DNA from: Methylocystis sp.
GTDB taxonomy: Bacteria; Pseudomonadota; Alphaproteobacteria; Rhizobiales; Beijerinckiaceae
DNA length: 64,000 nt
Assembly (NCBI GenBank): GCA_044233645.1
Contig: JBIIJP010000005.1
Span: 3,519-67,518 of the forward strand
Direction of reading: 5' to 3'
Of the stretch, positions 8,656 to 17,528 are shown one piece after another (positions within the stretch are counted from its first letter, which is position 1; each line of letters opens with the position of its first letter). The notes under the pieces were generated by a model that saw nothing but the letters and a program-made list of their open reading frames with translations, did not search any database and had not been told where the DNA came from. A program made the translations under genes and the position numbers.

Positions 8656-9170
8656 GTGGTGCGTTCCTCACGATGTGTCGTGTCCGGATCATGGGTGATG
8701 ATCCATTCGAAATCATTGTATCCGTCGGCAATGTGCTCCCACCATCGCCGCCCGTCCGCCTGAAACGGCGACAGATCGTTGACTCGCAAGTGTAGGAAGA
8801 CGCCAGGATGCGCGCGCAAACCATCCAGCACGACGGCGACCATGCGTCTTCCCAGGCCAGGCGTGATCGAATTGATGCGTTCGAAGACGACTGTCGGCGG
8901 CGCATAGGCCGCTGCGAGAAGAATGGCGACGCCCGACGCCTCAGCACTGTCCGGTACGACGATCATCCGTGGGGACGAGGAAGCGAATATTTCACAGAAT
9001 CCCGGGCCATGCGCCTGGCTGACGACAAAAAGGTCAAGTGCGCGCAGACGTTCCGCAACGCTACTGGCCACATCAGTAACTGGTTTGTTCCTTTTTTCCG
9101 GCGCACCACGCAACATAAGTAAAAAATTTCTCCACATTAGCATGGCGCCGCTCCGGACCAATCGCAACAA
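8652..9170 (-). CDS. hypothetical protein, possible GNAT-like fold
   Basis: 172-aa ORF (TTG at 9170; ATG alternatives at 9143 and 9137). INSITPGLGRRMVAVVLDGL loosely resembles acetyltransferase motif A. Translationally coupled to the HExxH ORF. Confidence 0.4.
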   Translation of the reverse strand: MLRLVRSGAMLMWRNFLLMLRGAPEKRNKPVTDVASSVAERLRALDLFVVSQAHGPGFCEIFASSSPRMIVVPDSAEASGVAILLAAAYAPPTVVFERINSITPGLGRRMVAVVLDGLRAHPGVFLHLRVNDLSPFQADGRRWWEHIADGYNDFEWIITHDPDTTHREERTT

Positions 9171-9250
9171 TGCGCCATGATTTTATCATGAGACAAGGCG
9201 AACCCGGCAATTACGCGGATAGGAACTGGATGCATTTCTCTGGTTTTCAG

Positions 9251-9265
9251 AATTGATGATCAATT
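9251..9265. repeat. perfect 15-bp palindrome AATTGATGATCAATT
   Basis: Read directly from the sequence. It lies about 80-95 bp upstream of the 9170 ORF start, at the transition to AT-richer DNA. Confidence 0.5.
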
Positions 9266-9376
9266 ACTTCAGAAACAGATCAAAGTATTAAATGTCGCCA
9301 GTGAAACTAGCAACGTCCCGACACAGATTTAAGAACATGCGAGATGCGTAACCACCTACCGAGCCAGAGGTTTACA

Positions 9377-9697
9377 TTATTCTGCCATACGCAGGCAATT
9401 TAATGCTTCCAGCGCTTGTTTTGTCGCTTCCTCTCTTCCAAAGACATTCGCCGTGATCAGATCCCTCGTCTCTTCCTTCCAGATCTCTTCCAGATTTGAA
9501 TCTGATGTTCTTTTACGCTGAACGTTATCGAAAATCATTGCCCCTTTTGTTGAAAGCTTCTGTCTGCATGTAAACATTTTTGTCTCGGTAGCAATGACGG
9601 GCACAATACATGTGGCCCAAAACATCATACAACTAGCGATTATCAGCAGACAGTTTATCACCCTCGAAAAAGAAAGTTTTGTGCGAATAAATCGCAT
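9377..9697 (-). CDS. hypothetical membrane-anchored protein
   Basis: 106-aa ORF in AT-rich DNA with one hydrophobic segment (VINCLLIIASCMMFWATCIVPVIA). No family recognised. Confidence 0.35.
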   Translation of the reverse strand: MRFIRTKLSFSRVINCLLIIASCMMFWATCIVPVIATETKMFTCRQKLSTKGAMIFDNVQRKRTSDSNLEEIWKEETRDLITANVFGREEATKQALEALNCLRMAE

Positions 9698-9757
9698 TGG
9701 TTCAGTCCTCCGGAAGCTTGGTTCAGAACTCTATTGCCATGATCGTGTCTGTAAAAT

Positions 9758-10633
9758 TTACTTCCGTCGTGGCAGGAGGTGAAGAAACCTTGCCAATTTG
9801 CGTTCTGTAAGGAACACCAGGCTGAAGAGCTGCACAAGGTTTTCTGCTTCGATCAAATCAAGGCCAATACTGGCGGGTACGAGTTCCTTGCGCGTGCCAA
9901 AAATCATATCCCAACAGGAGAGAACAATTCCATAATTGCTATCATGTTCATCCCGAAGTGTAGAATGATGGGCGCGATGTAGGTAAGGAGTAATAATAAT
10001 GTACGACACCCATTTTTCACCGGGGAATGTGAAGTTTCCATGATGAAAGAGGACAAAAAACATCCTGACTAGCTCACAAACAACAACAATGCTGGCCGGC
10101 ACGCCAAAAATGACTACACAGAGACATTTGACCAAGACTTCAATTGCTTGATCGAAAACGTGGAACCGTAAGCCTGTGGTGACATGATAGCTTTTGTCGC
10201 TATGATGAATTTTATGAAACCGCCACAGCCATTCGTATCTATGGCCCAAATAATGCCAGACATAAACCGCGAAGTCGAAGAGTACGAAGCTAAGAAACCA
10301 TTTCAGCAGCCCTTCCGGCATATCGCCAAGCAAGCCGTATTGAGAATAGTTGGAGGCTACCAGCACTAGGCTCGAAAGAGACAATATACTCATAATCAAA
10401 TTATTGACTAGGAACGCACCTGTATTGGTTTTGAAGGATGACTTCAACGCCTCCTTGGGTATGGGCATATACGGATATTTCTTTTCGATGATCAGCAGGA
10501 TGATAAACAGCATGACCGCCGAGGCGAAGAGATATCCCTCGATACCATATGAATGCTGCATATTTGGCTCCAGCAGTGTCCATGATGTTTTGCTCATTGG
10601 CAGACAATATATTTCCGTGACGCAATGCAGCAA
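9758..10633 (-). CDS. fatty acid hydroxylase / sterol desaturase superfamily membrane protein
   Basis: Histidine boxes HYLGHRYEWLWRFHKIHHSD, HHGNF and HRAHHS with about 4 TM segments. The track start is TTG at 10633; an ATG at 10597 is an alternative. Confidence 0.85.
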   Translation of the reverse strand: MLHCVTEIYCLPMSKTSWTLLEPNMQHSYGIEGYLFASAVMLFIILLIIEKKYPYMPIPKEALKSSFKTNTGAFLVNNLIMSILSLSSLVLVASNYSQYGLLGDMPEGLLKWFLSFVLFDFAVYVWHYLGHRYEWLWRFHKIHHSDKSYHVTTGLRFHVFDQAIEVLVKCLCVVIFGVPASIVVVCELVRMFFVLFHHGNFTFPGEKWVSYIIITPYLHRAHHSTLRDEHDSNYGIVLSCWDMIFGTRKELVPASIGLDLIEAENLVQLFSLVFLTERKLARFLHLLPRRK

Positions 10634-10780
10634 AATCCTTTACTTATGAAATTTGCGCCCAAGATGTCCTTTTCAAGAGGGTGCTTGCGCTCGTCATCCA
10701 ACTTGCCCGACATCATTTGCCGGCAAATGAGACAGGCGCAAACAACATATTGATATTTCGGTAGAAAGGGAAACTTCTCG

Positions 10781-11248
10781 ATGCTGGGTTTAGCAAGTTC
10801 CGGCCCCATCCAGGGGCGCTCCGAAAGCTTGGTTAAATGTAGCCTTGCTGATGCATATCACGTTGTAGCTCACTGTTTTTTTGAGAATTATCAAAAATGG
10901 TGCCCCCAGGTTGTCGAATTGGAACAGCTCTCACCCCCACCTATTCATCAGGGAACCAAAGGTAGACAGGTCACACGGGATCGAGGCATAGACAGTGAAT
11001 CCATGTTTGATGTGACGAAATTCACTCAAAACACAGAACTTGAAATCACCGGTTCCACAGAGCCGTTTCGGTCATCTTATCAATTCGATAAAAAGGGAGA
11101 CAGCACTCAAGTCACCTTCACTTTCGAATTGAAAGAAATTGATCTTGTTATGCGTCCCTTCCAGAAACTGATCAAGACAGCTTTGCAGGACGGGGCAGAA
11201 CAAACGGCTGAAAACATTAAGAACCTGCTCGAAGGGCGCGTGGCCTGA
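10781..11248 (+). CDS. SRPBCC (START/polyketide-cyclase-like) family protein
   Basis: 155 aa. The size and pattern (SLVKCSLADAYHVVAHCFFENYQKWCPQVV ... STQVTFTFELK ... C-terminal helix) are typical of SRPBCC ligand-binding proteins. The call is from general resemblance only. Confidence 0.6.
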   Translation: MLGLASSGPIQGRSESLVKCSLADAYHVVAHCFFENYQKWCPQVVELEQLSPPPIHQGTKGRQVTRDRGIDSESMFDVTKFTQNTELEITGSTEPFRSSYQFDKKGDSTQVTFTFELKEIDLVMRPFQKLIKTALQDGAEQTAENIKNLLEGRVA

Positions 11249-11287
11249 GTCACCCGCCGCCCGGCTATCACTACATGGAGATCAAAT

Positions 11288-11809
11288 ATGTTCATTGTTC
11301 AAAAAGATAACGGCGTTATCCCCCACGTTCTCACCCAGATTCTTGATACCTGCGTGAATGGTGTGACCTTAACGGACCCCGATCTTGAAGACTCCCCGAT
11401 TGTCTACGCCAACAAAGCTTTCGAAGACATCTGTGGATATCCACAAGAGGAAATAGTTGGTCGTAACTGCCGTTTTCTTCAAGGCTCCGATCGCAACCAG
11501 CCGGAACTTGATACGCTTCGGGCAGCCATCAAAAAAGGTGAACCGATCGAAGTCACGCTCAGGAATTACAGGAAAAATGGCGAATTATTTTTTAATAGGT
11601 TGAATGTTAAACCTCTTTTGGATGACAAAGGCAGGGTAGTTTATTTTCTGGGCGTTCAATACGACATCACGGATCAAGTAAACTTTCAGAAAGAAATCAC
11701 CGATCTCTCTTCCAAACTTGCCATCGCCGTAGGCAGTCAACCTGACCAAAATTCTGATATTTCAAAAACCTCTCAGCTTTCAAAGAAACCATTCTGGCAA
11801 TTTTGGTGA
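11288..11809 (+). CDS. short LOV-domain (PAS) blue-light photoreceptor
   Basis: Canonical LOV core GVTLTDPDLEDSPIVYANKAFEDICGYPQEEIVGRNCRFLQG ... NYRKNGELFFNRLNVKPL ... YFLGVQYDIT with the adduct-forming Cys in GRNCRFLQG. No effector domain. GGAG SD 7 nt upstream. Confidence 0.9.
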   Translation: MFIVQKDNGVIPHVLTQILDTCVNGVTLTDPDLEDSPIVYANKAFEDICGYPQEEIVGRNCRFLQGSDRNQPELDTLRAAIKKGEPIEVTLRNYRKNGELFFNRLNVKPLLDDKGRVVYFLGVQYDITDQVNFQKEITDLSSKLAIAVGSQPDQNSDISKTSQLSKKPFWQFW

Positions 11810-12004
11810 TGGGGGGTGTATCTTGATGAATAATCATATTTAAAACTATTAGAGAATTAACAATTATGTTTTGGAAAACCCATGATTAAATTGCTATTTC
11901 TTAATATAAAAATTATCATAATACATTGTTGCTCACTTCATTTATTTTCGTCGATATCGTTTCATGAACGAAAATATGTTCGCTAATCCAGAAAATAAAA
12001 TTAA

Positions 12005-12349
12005 TCAGTGTGCCTCTGGGTAATCCCTGTGTTTTGTCAAAATATTGATTAGAGCGTAGCGATCATCTTGATCAATTTCGATACAGTTTTTGTTTTGGTT
12101 AATCTGTTGAATGATTGAGTGAACAAGATTTTGTTCTGATTCCATCATTTTGTTTGAGGCATATATTCTTGCCAATTCTTTTTCCAGTATCGGCTTTTCA
12201 ATATGGCTGATCATTTTGACGCTCCGTAAAATCGTTTCTAGACTGAAAATGCCGGCGGTGCATTGCGACGACACATCAGAAGGTGAATGACTGCCGACGG
12301 CAGAAGAGATTTTTTTATTTATTTGAGCACCATTCGCCATGACGCCCAT
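12005..12349 (-). CDS. hypothetical protein
   Basis: 114-aa ORF in AT-rich DNA, convergent with the LOV gene. No recognisable motifs. Confidence 0.35.
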   Translation of the reverse strand: MGVMANGAQINKKISSAVGSHSPSDVSSQCTAGIFSLETILRSVKMISHIEKPILEKELARIYASNKMMESEQNLVHSIIQQINQNKNCIEIDQDDRYALINILTKHRDYPEAH

Positions 12350-12533
12350 CGTGATGTTATTTCACTATTAAGTCATTACCATTCAATTTCACGACAATGC
12401 GCCTTCGGTTAGTCAATTGTCCATCAATTTTCGCCATCCACACAAAAGCTCTGGCCGTTGACCCGCTATCACCCCTCGCCGACGCCAGAGCCGATAATGT
12501 CCGCCCTGCTCGCCTGTGCGCCGAGGAGATCGC

Positions 12534-12857
12534 TCACCACATACGGCGGCGGCCTCGGGGCAGACGAGCGATGGTCCAGTCCGGAACCTTTTGTTCGCAA
12601 ATCATTTGAGCCGCAGCCGCCGTCTCGCAGATGCCGCTTTCTCCCAGCGGCGCGCCATGGGGATGAACGAGCACCAGCCAGCGCCAGCGGCCTGCTTCTG
12701 CGCCCTCCTCTTCCAGCGTGATGCGCGCCACCCGCTGGCCGACGCCATCGAGCAACTCCCATGCGTTCGCCAGTTTTCCCCTGGCGCCGTCCGGACTTCT
12801 GAACATCGCCGGACGCCAGTTGCGCAACGGCGCCGACTCATCAGATTTCATGCTCAT
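12534..12857 (-). CDS. hypothetical protein coupled to umuC
   Basis: 107-aa ORF whose ATG overlaps the umuC stop (ATGA at 12854-12857). GC-rich like umuDC; no family recognised. Confidence 0.35.
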   Translation of the reverse strand: MSMKSDESAPLRNWRPAMFRSPDGARGKLANAWELLDGVGQRVARITLEEEGAEAGRWRWLVLVHPHGAPLGESGICETAAAAQMICEQKVPDWTIARLPRGRRRMW

Positions 12858-14125
12858 ACCGTCAATAACTCCGACCAGCTTGTCGTGTAGTTTTTCGAGA
12901 CATGGTCACGGCGCAGCCGCCACGCCGATTTCACGCCAGCCGCGCCGATAATCAACGTTCCCCGTCCGTAGCGTCGGTTGATGACATCGAGCGCCCTCAT
13001 CCGCGCCTGCGACTCGACCGTGTCGGGCGCGGCGAATAGCGATCCCTGGATTGCGTTGGCCGGTGAGAGATCGAGCAGCATGACCCCTGCCTTCTTGTAT
13101 CTGTAGCCCTCTCGCCAGATGGCGACGAGCGCCCCGAGCGCGGCGGCGACCAACCGACCAGTATCGGCGGTCGCGATGGGGAGTTGCGTCGACTGGCTCG
13201 CACGATATTGCCGATCCTGCTTTCGAAACGGATTTGTCTCAACGAAGACGATCAAATTCGCAGTTACGAGATTTTGCCGGCGCATTTTTTCTGCGGCTCG
13301 GCTGGCGTAGACGGCGACGGCCTCCTGCATTTCAGCAAGAGTTTCGATCGGCCGACCAAAGGAGCGCGAGGCGATCAGACTTTTCCTGTTCGGCGCGACC
13401 TCCTCAATATCAATGCACGACTCGCCGCGAAGCTCGCAGACAATCCGCTCACCAACAACGCCAAAGGTTTGGCGGATAAGTTTAGGATCGGCGTTACGTA
13501 GCGCCAGCGGCGTCGTAAGGCCCTGCGCCCTGAGCCGCTCCGACAGACGCCGCGCTACGCCCCAGAGATCTGTCAATTCGAGCTGCGTCAGCGCCCGCTC
13601 CTGATCGGCGACGGCCATCAAAACCCGAACGCCGCCCGACGCGGGATCTTTCTTCGCCAGTCGATTGGCGACCTTGGCGAGGGTTTTCGTCGGCGCGATC
13701 CCAACGCTGACCGGAATCCCGGTCCATTGCAGCACAGTCGCACGCAAAGTCCGCGCATGATCCTCCAGCCGATCTCCGAAGCCTTCGAGACCCAGAAAGG
13801 CTTCGTCGATGGAATAGATCTCCAGGACAGGAGAGAAGGATAGCAGCGTCTTCATCACGCGTGCGCTCATATCGCCATAAAGCGTATAGTTACTTGATTT
13901 AACAAACACTCCAGCGTCAGAAAATTTGTCGCGGTTGAGATGCCAGGGCGCGCCCATCTCGATCCCGAGCGCTTTGGCCTCGTTGGATCGGGCGATCACG
14001 CACCCATCGTTATTCGACAGCACAACGACCGGCTTGCCGCGCAACGCCGGTTGAAACACACGCTCGCAGGAAGCATAGAAATTATTGCAGTCGACGAGGG
14101 CGATCGGGCGCATCAGGGGCGTCAA
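12854..14125 (-). CDS. umuC: Y-family translesion DNA polymerase V catalytic subunit UmuC
   Basis: N-terminus [48 protein letters not shown] and overall length (423 aa) match UmuC. It overlaps the umuD stop. Confidence 0.9.
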   Translation of the reverse strand: MTPLMRPIALVDCNNFYASCERVFQPALRGKPVVVLSNNDGCVIARSNEAKALGIEMGAPWHLNRDKFSDAGVFVKSSNYTLYGDMSARVMKTLLSFSPVLEIYSIDEAFLGLEGFGDRLEDHARTLRATVLQWTGIPVSVGIAPTKTLAKVANRLAKKDPASGGVRVLMAVADQERALTQLELTDLWGVARRLSERLRAQGLTTPLALRNADPKLIRQTFGVVGERIVCELRGESCIDIEEVAPNRKSLIASRSFGRPIETLAEMQEAVAVYASRAAEKMRRQNLVTANLIVFVETNPFRKQDRQYRASQSTQLPIATADTGRLVAAALGALVAIWREGYRYKKAGVMLLDLSPANAIQGSLFAAPDTVESQARMRALDVINRRYGRGTLIIGAAGVKSAWRLRRDHVSKNYTTSWSELLTV

Positions 14126-14562
14126 AGCATGCGGATCGAATGGGTGACGACGCCCCAGACCTCGAAGGTCGCGTCTTCCGCAATCAAAATATCAGAGAAT
14201 TTCGGATTCTCGGCCGCCAGACGGATGTGGGCGCCGCGTTTACGGTAACGTTTGATGGTGAAATCGCCGTCGACCAACGCCAGAACGACATTGCCGCTCA
14301 CGGGGGTGCGCGCGCGATTCACAACAGCGATGTCGCCAGGATAAAGGCCGGCGCCAGTCATGCTCTCACCGGCGATGCGTACCGCGAAGGTCGCGGCTGG
14401 GTTTTCGACCAGCAATTCATTGAAATCGAGCGGACGATCGAGATAATCATCGGCTGGCGAGGGAAACCCCGCCGCGACCGTGCCGCCGGCAAGCGGGATG
14501 AAAACCCCGTTACGCCCCGCCGCGCAAACGGAAAAGGGCCGTTGTTGGGACGACAACGACAT
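14122..14562 (-). CDS. umuD: translesion polymerase accessory protein UmuD (S24 LexA-like peptidase)
   Basis: [21 protein letters not shown] ... [23 protein letters not shown] ... FTIKRY shows the Ser/Lys dyad context. ATG at 14562 chosen; the track ORF extends to 14712. Confidence 0.85.
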   Translation of the reverse strand: MSLSSQQRPFSVCAAGRNGVFIPLAGGTVAAGFPSPADDYLDRPLDFNELLVENPAATFAVRIAGESMTGAGLYPGDIAVVNRARTPVSGNVVLALVDGDFTIKRYRKRGAHIRLAAENPKFSDILIAEDATFEVWGVVTHSIRML

Positions 14563-14639
14563 GACGCACCCTGCACGCGATTGTTTGAACGAAGCCCCGG
14601 GACAACGGACAGATGCGCCCTGACGCCTCGGGAAGATAA

Positions 14640-14654
14640 GAACATATAAAGAAC
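14640..14654 (-). promoter_or_regulatory. alphaproteobacterial SOS (LexA) box GAAC-N7-GAAC
   Basis: GAACATATAAAGAAC on the plus strand (GTTC-N7-GTTC on the umuD strand), 78-92 nt upstream of the umuD ATG. Confidence 0.75.
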
Positions 14655-14922
14655 ATTTGACGCCGTCAAGCCGGTCGTCGATTGGTAAAGACAATGATCG
14701 CTGGACAGACACCCAGCGGAAAGATTGTTGGATTTGACAGAAACCACAAAACAGCCTGCGCAGGCGATCTACCGGCGCAACTCGCTAAAATCATAAACTT
14801 CCATAACGCCACGCTCCTCCACTAAGCCATTCTGCGGCAAGGGATGAAGAAAGCTAACAAGGGAAAGTCGGTTGCGCAACAGACGTGGCGAATACGCCAG
14901 CCGTCGGCGTAATGCTCCGGCG

Positions 14923-16071
14923 TTATCGGGCGACAATCTCGAGGCGCACCAGCATCCAATAGGCGCCCAACAGTGCGATCGCGCCAGAGAGCGCATAAAC
15001 GAGTTTCGCGCTCCGCGCGCCATACGTGACATAATTATCGATCAAAAAAAGCAGCGGCATGACGATCAGCACAACGCCGATCTGCCCGATCTCGACGCCG
15101 ATGTTAAAACTCGCCAGAGCTGGCGCAACGGCGCGCTGGGGAACGCCCAGTTCAATCAACCCACTGGCGAAGCCGAAGCCGTGAATGAAGCCAAAAGTGA
15201 AAGTGTCCCTCCACCGTACGTCGACGCTGCGCGTATAGAAATTTTCAAGCGCCACATAGATAATCGAGGCTGCGATGGCGATTTCAACCCAGTCGCTCGG
15301 CAAATTCACCAGTTCCAGCGCTGCTAGCGTTAAGGTGACCGAATGGGAGAGCGTGAAGGCCGTTACGATTTTTACAATCGGCCATATACGACTTGCCCAC
15401 AAGACAACAGCCAGCAGAAAACACAAATGATCGTAACCGGTGATGATGTGCTCCATCCCGGCAAAGAAAAACTTTGGCGCCAATTGCCAGGGACCCAACA
15501 AAGGTTCTGACAGGTCTATGGGCCGGTCGCCCGGAAAGATCATGACTTGACCCGGCGCCGGCTCCCGTCCGGCGCGCTGCGCTTCTGTCAGATTGGTCCC
15601 GATATCTTTTTCGCCAATGCTAATCAAGTGTTTAGCGCGAGCGCCCTGAGCCTCGATCAATTTAAAAGGATTATAAAAAATATTTCCTTCGACTTTGCTG
15701 CAATCGTAACGAATGACGGCTCTCGATTCCCCCGGATTGGCAGGATCTTCGCCAACGGCGACAACTGTGCTGTCGCATGTAACTCCAGTTTGGTTTTGTA
15801 AATTGATGCGTCCTTGAATAAATTTGCCGATGTAACCCTCAAGCAATCCGGGTTCGGTCAGATCGACGCCAGCCAAGGTATCTTTGTTGTCGGCTAGCAT
15901 CCGTTCGATATCCGATGCAAGAAAACCAACGTCGACTCTGTAATGCGCATTAGGTTCGGGCACGATGCGGCTACTGGAGATATTAGCCGTGTGCGCATTG
16001 GCGCACCCAACATTGATACAAACATTCAAAAATAGCCCAACCAAACTGCAAACAATATTGATTTTTAACAT
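14923..16071 (-). CDS. HupE/UreJ-family (HupE_UreJ_2-like) metal transporter with N-terminal periplasmic domain
   Basis: GMEHIITGYDHLCFLLAVVLW followed by about 5 more TM segments. Signal peptide MLKINIVCSLVGLFLNVCINVGCANA, then HTANISS. ATG at 16071 (track ORF starts with TTG at 16116). Confidence 0.75.
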   Translation of the reverse strand: MLKINIVCSLVGLFLNVCINVGCANAHTANISSSRIVPEPNAHYRVDVGFLASDIERMLADNKDTLAGVDLTEPGLLEGYIGKFIQGRINLQNQTGVTCDSTVVAVGEDPANPGESRAVIRYDCSKVEGNIFYNPFKLIEAQGARAKHLISIGEKDIGTNLTEAQRAGREPAPGQVMIFPGDRPIDLSEPLLGPWQLAPKFFFAGMEHIITGYDHLCFLLAVVLWASRIWPIVKIVTAFTLSHSVTLTLAALELVNLPSDWVEIAIAASIIYVALENFYTRSVDVRWRDTFTFGFIHGFGFASGLIELGVPQRAVAPALASFNIGVEIGQIGVVLIVMPLLFLIDNYVTYGARSAKLVYALSGAIALLGAYWMLVRLEIVAR

Positions 16072-16199
16072 TATTATGCTCTTGCTTGACCTTGCCGGAG
16101 ATTGCATCGTATGCAATATTATAGAAAAGATATTATGCTGTCGTTTAAATGAAGGTCAACCAAAGCTAAGGAAAAAATGACTTATTACTGGCGACGAGG

Positions 16200-16865
16200 A
16201 TGGGGAAGCTTGGACCAGTTTATTATGCCGAGGGCTTTGTTTATAAAATGCGTGCTTTCTCTCTTTCCTTCCTGCAAACAAAGACCCGTCTCATGTGGCA
16301 GAAGATAACGACTTGTAGAAATGATAAACCGACCAAAAAGAGGCGGCATTCAGGCTTTAAGATCAACGGTCTGAGGATCCCGATTTACTGTTTGTGTTTC
16401 GTTTTGGTCATCTCGCAAGCAGGCAAGGCCTCTTCATATACTCCTGTCGGTATTGAATCAAAGTCAGAACTTAATGTTTCGACGAGCAAAATAAACCGCT
16501 ACGGAACAGAGTTATACCAGCCGCATCATCAACTGTCTGGTTCAGTTGAACCGAAAATTTTATTAGCACATGCGATCATCGTGAAAACCTCTCCGCCACA
16601 AGGCGGCGTTGCGTCGGGCGATATTGGCAAGGTTGATGTCTGGTATGACGCAGGCATTCGTGACTCACTCGCCGCACTCGCAGTCATCAGTTCTTCCGGA
16701 GAACGGATCGACAAGCGCGACGCCGCCATCGATAGCGCTGATCCAGCTCATGTTTCCGTGACTGTCAATCCAATGACTCCCGGAAAATATACGGTACGCT
16801 ATCGCGCCCTATCCGCCGACGGCCATATGGTCAGCGGGGCCTGGGAGTTCGATGTGCAGCCGTGA
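16200..16865 (+). CDS. CopC-domain periplasmic copper-binding protein (start uncertain)
   Basis: C-terminal ~110 aa AHAIIVKTSPPQGG ... VDVWYDAGI ... MTPGKYTVRYRALSADGHMVSGAWEFDV is the CopC pattern. It follows a TM/signal segment and a ~45-aa linker. Alternative ATG at 16293. Confidence 0.7.
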   Translation: MGKLGPVYYAEGFVYKMRAFSLSFLQTKTRLMWQKITTCRNDKPTKKRRHSGFKINGLRIPIYCLCFVLVISQAGKASSYTPVGIESKSELNVSTSKINRYGTELYQPHHQLSGSVEPKILLAHAIIVKTSPPQGGVASGDIGKVDVWYDAGIRDSLAALAVISSSGERIDKRDAAIDSADPAHVSVTVNPMTPGKYTVRYRALSADGHMVSGAWEFDVQP

Positions 16866-16897
16866 AGTCGAGTTGATCTTCGGCAAAGGAAAGTCAG

Positions 16898-17464
16898 ATG
16901 GACCAAAGACGCCTGATTCCGATACTGGCAATAGCCATCCTCCTCTTAATTGGCGTCAATGCCGGAGCTTTCACCTTCAAATTCTGGGGGCCGCCGCTTG
17001 TCCAGGCATGGGATGACTACTGGAAACAAAAACTGAATAAACCGGCCGAAAAAGCAGGGGATCGTACAATCTCTGACTGCCTTCAAGTCAGCGACTTCTA
17101 TTCCGTTCATCTAACTACATATTTTCTGGCGGACTCCGCCGATAATGCAGGAGGCGCCACGGACGATCTCCGCAAATACGCAGAATATTGCAATCGCGTG
17201 CCGGGCACGGGCAAAGTGATCTTTGCGCTAACGTTGATGGAAAAGGAGGTTCGGGATGAGCCGATCTCGCTTTCATTTTACAAATACGACGCCAAAGGCG
17301 AACTTCAGCTTTTGAACGAGATTCCATCAAAAACTTATCCCAGCGGTATGATCTCGATTGGAAGTACAATAGAGCACTCAGGCAAATATCTGCTGAAGGC
17401 AGCGTTCGGCGAGGCCAAAAACAAGGAAGATGTGGTTGAGATGCCAATCACCGCCGGGAATTGA
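16898..17464 (+). CDS. hypothetical exported protein, paralogous to ORF 49697-50440
   Basis: N-terminal TM/signal IPILAIAILLLIGVNAGAF. The conserved block YCNRVPGTGKVIFALTLMEKEVRDEPISLSF ... KTYPSGMISIG parallels FCEDIPSTGPIIMVLDAIQDELRDMQVSIRI ... KKYPGGTINF. AAGGA SD present. Confidence 0.6.
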   Translation: MDQRRLIPILAIAILLLIGVNAGAFTFKFWGPPLVQAWDDYWKQKLNKPAEKAGDRTISDCLQVSDFYSVHLTTYFLADSADNAGGATDDLRKYAEYCNRVPGTGKVIFALTLMEKEVRDEPISLSFYKYDAKGELQLLNEIPSKTYPSGMISIGSTIEHSGKYLLKAAFGEAKNKEDVVEMPITAGN

Positions 17465-17528
17465 TTGATCAGTTTTTGTCTATAAATTTCAGTAAGAATG
17501 CTCAATAGCTCTATTATCCAAATAAAAT

